Assembly (NCBI GenBank): GCA_964035545.1
Contig: OZ037765.1
Coordinates: 22,629,504 to 22,693,503, forward strand
Origin: Bugula neritina
Lineage: Eukaryota > Animalia > Bryozoa
Direction: 5' to 3'
Length of the DNA stretch: 64,000 nucleotides
Part shown: in pieces, positions 29,201 through 45,583 of the stretch
Layout: the number at the start of each line of letters is the position of its first letter
Position numbering within the stretch: the first letter of the stretch is position 1
Notes under the pieces: generated by a model
The model's input: the letters and a program-made list of their open reading frames with translations, nothing else
Database searches by the model: none
What the model was told of the DNA's origin: nothing
Position numbers and translations under genes: made by a program

Positions 29201-30331
29201 TCTATATATAGATAACATATCGGTTGAAAATATAACTTGGTCAACAATTATTATAACAACTGTTTTAAAACAAAACCAATGTTTTATTATGACTTTTAAA
29301 GTCTTTGCTAAAAAAAAAATCTGCTTTTAGTCCAAGTTGGAGTAAAAATAAGTGCTGCTGACAAAGTCAAGTTGATAGCTGCAGAAGCCCGTATAGCTAT
29401 ATTGGCAGCTAGTCTACATGCAGCATAAGGCCCAATTAACACCATGGTGGTACTAGAATTATGCACTTGTAAAAAGTGTCATCACAAAGTATAAGCTGAT
29501 GAATTATCATAAGATTTATGGAACCTCTAAGTTGATTTAGCAAAAATGTTAAATGAAATTGATTGAGCTTCCAAGTGCAACTAAATTCGTTAAAGAATTT
29601 CTGCTTTCAAATACATTTCATAAAATTCTACAGTAAAAAGTGTAGGATTGTACCCATAAATATTAAGAATGTTTTTTAATTGTCATCAAACAACTTAATT
29701 TGCTTAGAGGGCAATATGAACAAGTATAATTAATTATTCTCAAGTAGATCACTGCTTTGATGCAGAAAGTCATTAAATTTTCATAACTTCTCTTAATCAC
29801 TCAACTTGTTACTTATTTGCCCTATTTTATTAAATAAATTATAAAACTGACAATCTTTATTATGGCTGTTTAGTTTCTATTTAATGCATCCATTCAAAAC
29901 TTTACTATTGTTCAAAGTAATTATATACCAAAACTAGGCCTATAATGTTATGGTAATAGGCCAGAATATATTTAATGTGTAAACTATGTTAACAATATTA
30001 TTTGAATATTAGTATAATATATATGTTACACAAATTAGCAAATCAATTATTGTGAAATAAATTTGAGTTTATTGTTGCTTACGAAGCAATGCATTTAATC
30101 AGAAATATTCAGTGGATGATTACAATTGAACAAAAGAAACAAAGCTTGTTTCAAAATAGAACAGAATTTTATAGAAACAAATGACGATTTTATTGTTGCT
30201 TGTCCATGAGAGTTTATATAAACATAAATAGGAAATTGCTCTATCCATCAACACAATTATTTTAGGCTCAGGCACTGTTTAGTTAGATGGTGAGTTAGAC
30301 TGGGTGCACAGAACCATATCAATATGGCAAT

Positions 30332-30341
30332 AGCCAATCAG
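30332..30341 (+). promoter_or_regulatory. CCAAT box (NF-Y-type) upstream of predicted Lox5 first exon
   Basis: AGCCAATCAG about 80 bp upstream of ATG 30422; motif match only. Confidence 0.35.
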
Positions 30342-30421
30342 AACAAAGGTGGTTCAAGTTGGTAAAATGCTGAAGCATGGTTGAAATGGGGCAAATGTGA
30401 GCGAACCTCTGTTAGATAAAG

Positions 30422-33572
<3,151 letters not shown>

Positions 33573-36500
33573 CGAGGGGAGATAATTCTCCCCAAATAAT
33601 GTTTATTTTTCGGTCCATCATTCTTTCTTAATTATTTTTAAGCATACTCTTGTACTATAGACTATGATAATGGTATTATTACATGCATACTGCCGCAAGC
33701 ACATATATATTTATTTAGAACTATAGTAACACTTTAAAAACTGTATGGTGCTGCATAGTTTCAGCTACATACTAGTCCATTGATGCTGCAATGCAAAAGG
33801 ACTGCTCAAACGTCATACATAGTCATCTCCATGTAGCAACCTGGAGATACGATTGTTTGAGTTCGGCCTACAGGCACCATATATAATTGCTCAATGCTGC
33901 TGTAACTGGGAAAAGCAGCAAGTTGTGAAGTAACCTTCATTAATTTCTATGATTTCAAGTATTTATAACATTATTGTTTGTATATCCACTGTTATTCTAA
34001 TCCATGTATTTTAGTTTAGTCAATTTTGTCTGGAAAATATGATTTGCAATCAGTTTGTCATAATAGACCTTATCAAGAATTGTCCATGGCTCGAGTTGAG
34101 AGTATAGATCTTCATTTCTAGAATATTCTCTAAATTTTGTTGAGCCCGTAATTAAAAATAAGAATTGAATCTCTCATAAACAGTAATTAGTAGCCAAATT
34201 ATTTTGTTGTGAAGTAGTAATAGGAGTTGTTTTTTTCTACTTTATACACGCCTCATTTTGCTATGGATTTGCTATTTTAAAATATTTTCAATTTTCATAA
34301 GCTATTGTCAACTGTTCCATAGCTGATTTAAGTCTCTTTCGGACTTCTGAATTTTTGAAACCTCTACGGTGTGTTTTTGCCAATAAACTATAATTAATTA
34401 CTAGCGTGTAAACAGTCATATATTGAACTAATATTTCTCTTACTTGACTTTTTTGTTACTTTTTATGACATGCATATACAGAACTTGTACTCCATACTTA
34501 GAATATTCCACATTGCAAAGTAGATTAGCATTTATAAAAGGACACAAAATGAAAGACTTGACAGAGTGAAAAATTAAATTTTATTTCAGACCAGTGTCAT
34601 TGTCAAAATGATATTGGTGAAGATGACAGATAGTTGTGGCATTGAGGCCTAGTGCCTATAATATAATGTAACTGTGCCAAAGTTTCATAATGGTATAACC
34701 AGTTGAACAGATGAACAAAGCACTATTGCAGAGAATCTGCTTTTTACCTTCGATAGTAATGAGTATTGGTCTATCTCAACTTATGCTAAAATTCAGAATA
34801 AGTTTTGGCTTGAAGTCTCTGAGTATAAAATGCTAATTTATATTTGCAGATATATTTTACCATAATAAAATGGCTCAGCTTTTTTTCATTTATGTTATTA
34901 TCAAAAAATGAATTCGCTTCAGTTTTTGGGGTGATGAGTATAAGCCTGCTGCTGTTGCAATAAAAATTATGTTGCAATAGACAATTATTATCAATAATTA
35001 AAGTTTTTGATGAAATGTTGCCATTTTAAGGTGTTAGTGGTGAGTTCTATATATTAGGTTAGTTTAAGCTTATTATGGCAAACGAGAATGTGTGAAATGG
35101 CAGAATTAAGAATTTTAATAATATTATACATTTGTCACTCTCCCAGTGACAGCTGTAATGGTGACATATTGATATATAAATAGGCTAGAAACCTGCATGG
35201 CAAACAGAACAATGTGACATTGAATAAATCAATCAATATTCCTACATCATCCTGGTGAACGTTGCAAACTACTGCTGGCTATATATATATGTAAAGTATT
35301 TTACAAAATTGAATTATTGTTGCAGATCTGTGACAGACAAGTGTTTAATTATGACAACTCATTTGGTCAGCTACCGTTTTCAAAATTTAGGTAGCAAGGA
35401 GTGATTTATTTCCATCACATGATTTGATTTCTTAAAAAAAAATTTTCAAATCCGGCTAAGAAAATATTTTTTTTAAGTTTAGTGCTTCAACTAGTCTCTG
35501 TACATTTTCCTAGTAAACATCGAAACCTAATTTTCTGCGTTGGAACAAAATAGATCAAACTGTGAACATGATTGCAAATTCAAATTCAATATCCATTTAT
35601 AATAATTATATCTATTTTGTATTCATGAAAAATTTGACCACAAAATGTCAATCATAGTGATTGAAAGCTGGAAGTATATAATATTACTTAGTTGATAAAT
35701 TTTAAAATGTTGTGGCAAGTCATATGGGTACAGCTATACTGTGAAAACTAAATCTTCAATCTGTCTACATACTTGCTAAATCTATTGAATACGACTAGTT
35801 TCTAAACTGTATGCACACAACGATTGCAGCATATATCGCTAAATATACAACTTATACAAAATAACCAAACAAATGGGTCCAGGACAAAATTTGCACTCAG
35901 AAGATTGATTGACGGCAAGGGTATAAACAAGTTCTACATTATAGCATTACATGAATTTTTTATTTAATACAGTTTTTTCTCAAATTCCTAAGATTTCTAG
36001 CAGTCTGATAGAGTATAGTACAGTTCTTGAGTTTGAAAGTCAGGAAAAGCATCAGATTTTCTTACTTGTATTACAATGTATACAGGAAACAACATATAAA
36101 TAATGTTATGGGTAAGTTTGCTCAAACATGAATGAAATTCACTCGCACTAATGAAGAGATGAGAATCTAAAACCAATCATGTCTGCATGGTAAGAACCAG
36201 CAAGATTCTAGAGAAAGGTAAGTTTGAGGTTGAAGAAAAAAATTAATGAGTTTCAGGATGGCAGGTAGAAAGATTCATGTATAAACTGGGTCGATCTGCA
36301 AGTATATCTGACAGTTTGTGAACTGACACACTCTATAAATAAATGCAACTTTCTAGACGTTGTCGAATGCAGACAGATGACTATTTTTTGTATAGTATTT
36401 CTGCTGATTAATATGTCACTATCTCCTAAGGTCACATTCTAAGTAGTATATTTTTATGCAGACATAACTCTCTAATGGATGACAAATTATTTAGGTCTAG

Positions 36501-39500
36501 GTATAAAATGATTGGCTGTCAGTGAATCTAGCCAAAATAGTTGTTTGAAGTATATTTGACTGGTATGATGCCAAATAACTAATTCTAAAATTGATTATGG
36601 TTCATCTTGCCATGTTAAGTGAACCTGCACACGGGAGCCAGAAGTGCACAGCGCTCATTTAACATCTAAAACTAGTCCTTATTGGTATGCAAAAAGTCAG
36701 AGTAAAAATAAGAAAATTAAGAGTTTATTTGATTTCATTTTTCTGTCATTAATCAAGAGCCTTGCTCACTGCTTGTCATATAGACTCTGATATCGCTGAT
36801 CCGATGATTGATTCAGGCTTTGATCTGTGGCGCGTGTAGCCTAGATTATGTTATTGTGGTTTTGCTCTGCATTTTTAATAGGCTTTCTCAGTCACTAACA
36901 TTGACCAGTCTAAATAAATTTACTTATAACTAATGCTAGAATAACTCCACGGTGCTCCAGCTATAATCCTCTCAAAACTATGGTGGCAAAAACTTAAGGT
37001 GAAAAACTGTAAGTGGGTTTTTATTAGCTAGCAGGTGATAGCAAACTCCTTTTAACACCATTAATTCAATACAAAGAGATCTCAAAGGTTAAAGGTATAC
37101 TGCCATTTTGCGAAAGTAATTAAACTTCACATCTATGTAGAAGGCATTTCCTTAATCAAAAATACTCTTGAGCAGCTTTCTGCAATTAGCATTTTCACAA
37201 TCTATTCTTGCAATGTTGGTAGTGGTCAAAGGTGCAGGTAATCATATGTGAGTAAGTTATCGCTAGGTCAAGTGTAAATACCTGTCTAGCATCCTAACAG
37301 CATGTTACATATGTCTAAGAAATTTAAAAGGATGGGTTAGTAACTACCCCATAGTTAACCTGTTATCTAAAACACCTGAATATGCTTGCTATGACTACTA
37401 AAAGAGTCTACAAAGCTCTGGTAGTGTGTAAAGAAGTGATTTGTCAGTTAGTTTAGCTGTGGTTCAATAACGGTTTACTTCAACTTACATCTGTATCTTT
37501 TTACAACTGGCCAATTTTTTTACAAGTATAATGTGTAAAGATTTTTTTGTAATGTTATTCATTATATCTCTTTATTGAGCTGTAATACATTTGGAGAAAA
37601 TTTTTAAAAGTAAAAAAATGCTAAATAATTTGAACTTTTATCCAATTAAATTAGTGTTATTAGAATTGTTAGATTATGTTACAAAGCTATAGCTCTCTTG
37701 TCCAGTGGAGATTGCCAGCTCTATATTACTAGACATATTATACTCAACACTGCTTTAATGCTCGCTGTATAAAATTAAGACTGATCGACATAACAGCTTC
37801 ACTGTTATGTCATACTGTTAAAAACATCTTTGTCATAGCTCTTTGTATGTTTTAAATCACATTAGGTCACCAAAACCAACATAATAGCAAATTGAATTGA
37901 TTTATGTACTGGCACAACAATTCTCTATAGTGCAATTTATCCCGCATTTGTTTGTCTGTCACGTTTTTTTCAATTGTTATAAGTTTAGACAATATCTGTT
38001 TGGTGTGAGCCCACCAGTCTGTTCCTGAAAATGGAGGTTTCTGGAACTTCCACGTAATTAAAACTATAAATAGTCAATGTTTACTTTACCACTTTTCTGC
38101 TTTGATGTTGAACAAAAGAAATAATGTATTAATTGCATGCAGTGTACTCAGTATACTCCAATACCCTGCCTACTCACTAAAATGCATGGAGCAACTGTTT
38201 AACATTAACCAATAATTGCTATGTGCTACAATATAATCTACAATTATCTTTTAAACATTTTAAAACCGTATCATGAGGAATTCTTGTATAAGTTTTATAA
38301 GTTATTTTCATGTTGTATCACTGCATGGGTCATTTAAACAGATGTCTAACAATATTATTAGAACATATTAATGCACTTTTGAAAGTTAACTGCAATAATA
38401 ATGAATAGATATTACTATCTGAGAGATTATAGTCTTTAGATAATAAATGCATAACACTCTGTTATTATAATTAAACACTTTTTATTTATTGCAACTAATA
38501 TCTTTTATTGCCCATTACTTGCTTACATTAAGCATTTGTGCCAAATTTCAAACCATTTCATTCTCATACAAGTGGTAAAGATTATCATCTAAGAATTGTA
38601 AATTGATTTTTGATTGCATCTACTTTAGACTGCAACAATTGCACTGCAGCTTTTACACAGACTTTAAACTATTTTGATCGATGTCAGCTTTGATTTTTGC
38701 TCGCTGTATATATAAATACTATATCTACCCCGCCCTTCATAGTCATTGCAAGTTATTTTTTAAATAAAGTGTTTTTTTCACCCATACAAACACCAGAATC
38801 AAATTTTACAACAAAAATAAATTGTCAAGAAACTTTGTCATGGTATAGGCACACATAAAATAATATTCTTTCATTTTCTTCTCAGATATAAGATGCATGA
38901 CAAAGATTTTCAGTTACTTTAATAGAACATAAAATGTAAATAACTAAATTGTCAAATATGTCTCAAGTTTTAGTGAATTGTGTTGGATTTTCTTAATCGA
39001 TGTAAACAATTACACCAAGTAGACATTTCCTAACCAATCCCAGTAAGATAGTTAGAAGGCATTGCATATTATTGAGCCTGAAATAATTATTTACAAGTAA
39101 AGATAACCCCGTGAATTTATCAAACTGCCACCATCATAATCAAAAAGTAGAAATAATAGGTGAATAAACAGCAAATAAGCTAAATACCAAATTATTGACA
39201 CTTGCAGTCTTTAAAAAGAAAAAAAATAATTGGGATGACAACAATTTTTGAATGAACTTTGATCTTAAATCAATTTCATGGTTGACTAAACACTCTAGTG
39301 ACTGTATCTATTGGAAGAGTGTACAGTGTCATATCTAGTAAGCATTCAGAAGCATATCAGAGGTGCACAGCTTCAAAACAGTGTACTACTCATCTCAGTC
39401 ACGTTGGCTCCAGTTTTGACACAGCTTTACGTGACTAATCATCATTTTTGTATTTCACGACTGGAACGTAACGTTGGCCAAGGAGCAAGATGTGTACAGT

Positions 39501-42500
39501 CGGAGTAATCCCTGCAACCATAGAAACTAAACATATTTTGCATAAATTGCTAGCCTATAGAATTGTCCAACAGAGCAAGCGATACAGTGTTGCTTTCCTG
39601 GCAAAATAATTGTCAGAAGAATTTTTAAACGTCATGTCATCATTAGCTGTGGAATAGATTGCGATTAAAACTGATTTATTAGCAGTATTCTGAACTGTCA
39701 TATTATTTTTCTTAAGATGAGCGTTAATCTGCTAATTAAAGAGATCAAAAAACCTAATTAAATTCATTAGCATATATCAACCAGATTTTAAGGGCAAAGA
39801 TATAATCTAAAATATCCAATAGTCACTACAATTGCTTTAGGTCAGCCAATAACAATTATGTTTTACTATTTTACAACAGAAGTCTTGAATAAAGGTTTTT
39901 TTAAAATTCATCATTGCTACAATTAAGAAAATATTGCATAATTTGTTACTTCTGCATCTATATTGAATGAGACTACTATGAGTAAAATATGATAACCATT
40001 ATCTATATGAATTATATAATAACTGTTTACCCTATTCCTGAATACAACAAGTTTTTCGTTTATTCTGAATGGTTTTTTGGTTACTTTCTCTATATCATGA
40101 AAATTTGGGATTTCCGCGAAAAGATAATATATGCTATTGAAGTGATTATGCAATAGTACAGTCGATTGATTTTAAATTAGGTTTTAGACATGAATTTTGG
40201 ATATCTAAAAATACTCTTTGATTATGTGGTATATTATTTCCCCAGGGCCATTGATTGGTATGAAGCCTTAGAACCCACTCCTATACATGTAAAAAGAGGT
40301 ATAGGCCTTTCAAGTGAATAGGTAAGATAACATGCCCATATGTGGTAATCAAAGGATTGATGTGAAAGTTTCAACAAAGGTAGCTGGTACATTCATAACA
40401 GTAGAGGAAGGCTTCTTTGACACACTGCATGAAATAAAAGCTTTGAAACACATTGTCTAATAACCAATTAATTAGCTGTGATGAGAATAATGAATGCATA
40501 CGTGTGGCCTGTGCGTCTCACTTCACCAAGGTCAATGCTAATAAGAACAAAATTAGATATTGAATAATCTTAGTATCTTTCTAGTTGCACAGCAGCCATA
40601 ATCTCCCTCAGGTCTACCAACAATTTGAGCTAAAGTTTTTTAAAGAACCAGCAAAAAGTTTTGGTTATTAAAAATGCCTTCAATCCTGCCTTCTTTGACT
40701 ATAACTGCATCAGTGCATATAAACATTATGCTACATCTTTATCTTTTTATAGCTAATAATTTTACTCTTAATAATAGTTTAGAAAGAATTATAAATAGTT
40801 TGTTGTATGCCATCACACACATATCCATTAGATACAACTTTTTGGGACTAAGTAGGCAATTATAAACATTAATTTATTCTTGATTTACTGTAATTTACCA
40901 CATATTTTATAAAATGGCAGTATTCCAGCGATGTGTATACAGTTTGAGCTGTCACTTATCAGCCCGTATGACATCTGTTTATGGAACAAAGACTATATGA
41001 ATGTTATGCCAAGGTCTAGAATAACACATAGACAAATTTCATTCTAAGCCAAATGCCAGTGCGATCAACTGTAAATAAAGAGCCAATATTTTTTCATGAA
41101 AAATATCACTTTTGATGATTCAAAAATAAAAGTTGGCAGTTTCAATTTCAGATTTTCAAACAAATTTTTTAAAAGTTCCTCTTAGAACCTGAATTTAGGA
41201 AATAGTTGATTGTGATTAGCCGTGCGTTGAGGTAACTACGCAAATCAGTAGACGTTTATTTTCAATGAATCATAAAACAAGTTTTATGCACTTTAAGTTC
41301 TGCAAAAAACAAAAGTATAGGTTTAGCTTTAGTTACTTAAATGTGAAGAAAAATTTAGAAAAGTTTTAATTATAAGTCTTGTATAATAATGTTCGTAGGC
41401 CACTGCTAGTGTAGGCCATGCCATTTTCTTATACAATGCTTATTGAATAGCTGGAAACTACAATGCAGCATATTTCAGTCAAGTATATGCAGATGACACG
41501 AGCATGCTGTTGAGTGTAGTGCTCCAATAAGTGAAAGCTTATAATTACTTTTTCATTATGCAAAGTGCAAATCAACAGGATTGTGATTGAAAAGTGACAT
41601 TGTAAGTGCTGAGTCAGAGTTATATTTACTAACTAAAGCAGGTTCAGTCCCAAGAGCTGATGAATTCTTCCTTTTTCACTAGAGTTGCTGGCAATCTTCC
41701 TGAATTCTAACAACTTTCTCACGACTCAAGGTTCTTACAGTAAATAAAATACCTCGACTTCAGATTTGAAAGGGGAAATTTTAATTTCAATCTTATTTTT
41801 ATTTGTTGCTGGCAAGTATAGCTATATTGGGAATATGACATCAACTTCCACCATTTAGGAGATAAGATAGATAAGGGCTCTACATTATCAAGTGTCATCA
41901 CTAAAGTGCTGTTTTAGTTTGTAGAAACTTAAAAGTTTATACATGGCAAAAAACAAAATCTCCCACCTGTTGGAAATTGTTTAGCTTTACCTTGCCATTT
42001 GAGTTTAATGAAAAATAAAATTGATAGCATATAAGGTATATTATATCATAACGTTCAAATGATATAGAATTATTATTTATCAATATATTAATAAATGTTT
42101 ACAACTACATAATTATGATATTTTTGTAATTTTACAAATTAAATAGTTTGTAAATTATAAAAAATCAAATAGCCTTTTTAATTGAATACTCAACAGGTTT
42201 ATAGGACAAAAGGAACGATCTGTATTATATTTGATAGTCTTTATCACAGTTATTCATGCATGTGGTGAAGCTTTTGCATAGACAAACATGAATTAATATT
42301 ATAAAAATTGTAATAAATGAGACAATTAGCTGCAATACATGACAGAGTATAAGCTTGAAAACCTGAGTAATGTAGAAAAGTTTAGCAATTATTGGTTAAC
42401 ATTTATCATTATGTTGAAAGATCTAAAGAAGTGAATATACATTTCATCCGTTTTGTCAATGAAAATAATTGATTTTCATTTTCCTCTACAGTATAGCCTT

Positions 42501-45500
42501 AAAGGTATATATCCCAAAAAATAATTATATATTATAAATGGTTAAAATAAAAACTATTTTAATTGCCAGGCAGTGTAAGATGTTGGTAAAGCTTACTAAT
42601 AAAACTAATGCATCAAAAGTGATTATAATTTTGATATTATCAATACATTAAATCAAACCAGAATTTATTAGTCTAATCGCTAGTTAACAAGGAATTAGAG
42701 CATATAATGTTATCATCGCAATGCACTAGCCGAGCTATGAATGCTTATTCATACACATGCAAAGGAATGTTTTTATATAGCAAGTCTACATTGCAGCAGT
42801 AAAATATCTAATTATCATTTCCCAACTCATAACTCCAAAATAAACATAATATTATAGTATTATTACACATCATAAATAATTTATTATAATATTCTTATCA
42901 AATTTGTTTATTAAAAGCTGTAATAATTTTGTCAGTTTTACAAAAGTCTTAAAATAAGTATACAAAGCAAGTGAAGGCCCATCAGTATAAACTATTTGAA
43001 GGAGAATAAATTTTAGTCAAGTTTCAGTATTGAAAAATAGCTTTGCAAAATTTATTTGTCTTTTTACTGTAAATATTTTTATATAGTATTTATTTTTTCA
43101 AATTAACTTAAGCTTTATGTTATAGGTTTGCATTGTAATATCATGAATAATTCTAATATGAATTTACTGTTTGGTAGAAACAATGTTGATTTTCACTGTT
43201 AAGATACAGATATCATATCTTAATTGGCTTTGCCAAATCATTTATTATTCTGAAATTCTATGATAGACACTGGAAAAAAAATTAGATTTTGCTAAAAAAG
43301 GTTCTCAATACATTGCATAATTTTTATATAAGCAAAAAATAGACACAATGGTTTATGCAAGACATTCTTATCTGTAAATATAAAAATATGAAATTCAGTC
43401 ATACATTTTTTAGTAGCAGCTGAAAAATATTTACATTTAATTTAAATACTTTTAGATGTCAAAAACAGTTTCACTAAATTACATAGTAATAACGTAGATA
43501 ACAAAAACTAGAAATGCATTTTATGATTATATGGTTTGTTGCTTTTAATCTGTTAACCAACTAATATAATACTTTATGTATAGCGCCACATCAGGGTGTA
43601 AGAAGAAGAGAGCTAAGCTGAATTAATGTTTTACTGGAATTGAAAAAAATGTCTGCACATTATATTTTTGCCAAGTCTTAATAAAGTTTGTAATTTACAA
43701 AAATAAAATGAAAGAGATATTAAATCTGCTACATCGTAGCATTATGCACTGTGCATTTACCTCTACTCCTCGTCCTATGCTGTGTTAATTAATTTGAAAT
43801 CATGTGACAAAAATAAGAAAATAGTTTGTTTTAGGGCTCGACCCGCTTATAATGGAGATGTTCACTTTGTGTAAAACTGCTTTAATGTTTCAGGAAATAG
43901 ATGTACAGGTAATGGGTTTTACTGCAAACTTACTTTACAACATAATGAAGTCAAAAGCAAAACAGGTATTATAATTTCAAATATTTATGATAAAGACTCA
44001 TTTTATAAGCAGGGGGGATTTGAACCTTTTCGTTACTGGTACCAAATTACTTAGCAAGGTGTAATTAGCACTTTTTTCCTATATACCACCAACCCTTTAA
44101 AAGGAAGGTTTAGTAGTGAGTAAGAAGATTAAGATTTGCACCAATCATGGCAACGGTTCCCTCAAGTGACAATTTTCAGTTCTGAACTGCTAAAAAAGTT
44201 TTTTTATTTCAGAATAGTATGTTGTTATAACTTGAGCTCATATTTAGACCAGCAATCATAACTCATTATCAACACTTTCTATTTATTTGACTTTTATTTT
44301 AAAGACATTCACCAGGAGTTGTCTTGTCTTGTACCATAGCTATTTCATACCAGGTTAATCATAAATTCCAAAATTTGCCACAGATAATAGTAAAGGCAGA
44401 ATTTTGCTAATGTTGTTGAAAGCACTTGTTACCATATTATAGGTAAATAATGAGGTAACAAGTAAATAAAACTCACTCTACTGACACCTGCATTGAGCCT
44501 GGAAAAGGTGAACTCATCACCTGCTGGTTAGCAAGATTAGAGTTATAAGCAGAGAGATTAATTTAATTATTGGCTAAACATATTATTAAAAGAAATAACC
44601 TGGGTTAGTGACATCTAGGAGGAAATGTTGGCTCTCAGGGTGTGATAAAATAATTGAATGTGGCAACTGCCCGGCTGTCAGGGGTAAGACAGATTAGAAA
44701 AATCAAGTGTATAGGTGTAGACTGAGAACGGTGCCTATACAAGCATGCATGAGTTTAAATGATGTATAGTGAAATGTAAATAAACTATTTGTTGCTAACA
44801 GTGTCATAAGTATTAACAACAAATAAGTATCAATAAAAAGATAGTGACGATCATAAAGATCTATTAACAACACTTGAAAAGTGACTTTACACTAGGGCGT
44901 TGAACACTTGTTGATAAAGAAAGATCTTTATGACTCATTTAAAGCAGAGTCTCTGCTCCAAACTCACATTTAACTCTGGAGTAACAAGGATATGCAAGGA
45001 GAAAATCGCGGCTGGCAGATTCCAGAGACAGCTCGGCTGACTTTAAGAACAACGGATGACCTTCGGTATCTTCCGTGACAATATTGCTTCATGCAAAGTC
45101 TGTTGCTATGTTTTACATTTGTAAAGTCAGGAAACTGTGTGTTGAGATTAGAAGTGCAGCTTTATATCTGTACCAGCTACTAAGTGTCAGCTGAGTGCCT
45201 AGAAACAGCTTCATTGCTAAGGTTTTATTTTTGTTGGCTTTTTCATCAACTAGGCTTACAATATTTTGATAAAAATTGCTATTTATTGATGTAAAAGCAT
45301 ATCCTACAATTCTAGTTTACATTCCAGTGCTGTGAGTTGCTCGGCTCTTTCATGCAGTCCACTGTATAATTGGTCTGCACTCAATTTTGACTACTCTCAC
45401 CCTTACAACACGAAGACTGCAATGAAGCCAAGCTTGGCTTTGTCAACTGCTGGCAACGTACAAGCTCAATGTTTTACTGTTTGATAAAATTGAGCTTAGA

Positions 45501-45508
45501 AAGTTAAC

Positions 45509-45583
45509 CATCTTCTTTAACCCTGTAGATTCGAATTTGTTTGTAACAACTAACACAAATTCAGCTCTACAGGGTACTAGATG
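45509..45583 (+). ncRNA. mir-10: microRNA mir-10 precursor hairpin
   Basis: 5p arm AACCCTGTAGATTCGAATTTGT (45519-45540) differs from canonical UACCCUGUAGAUCCGAAUUUGU at 2 positions. It pairs with ACAAATTCAGCTCTACAGGGT (45555-45575); basal CATCT/AGATG stem; located in the conserved position upstream of Hox4. Confidence 0.95.

Noticed and set aside
36086-36223. Three GGTAAG donor-like sites within ~110 bp (possible non-coding exon)
   Set aside because: No partner exon or reading frame; cannot be supported without transcripts.
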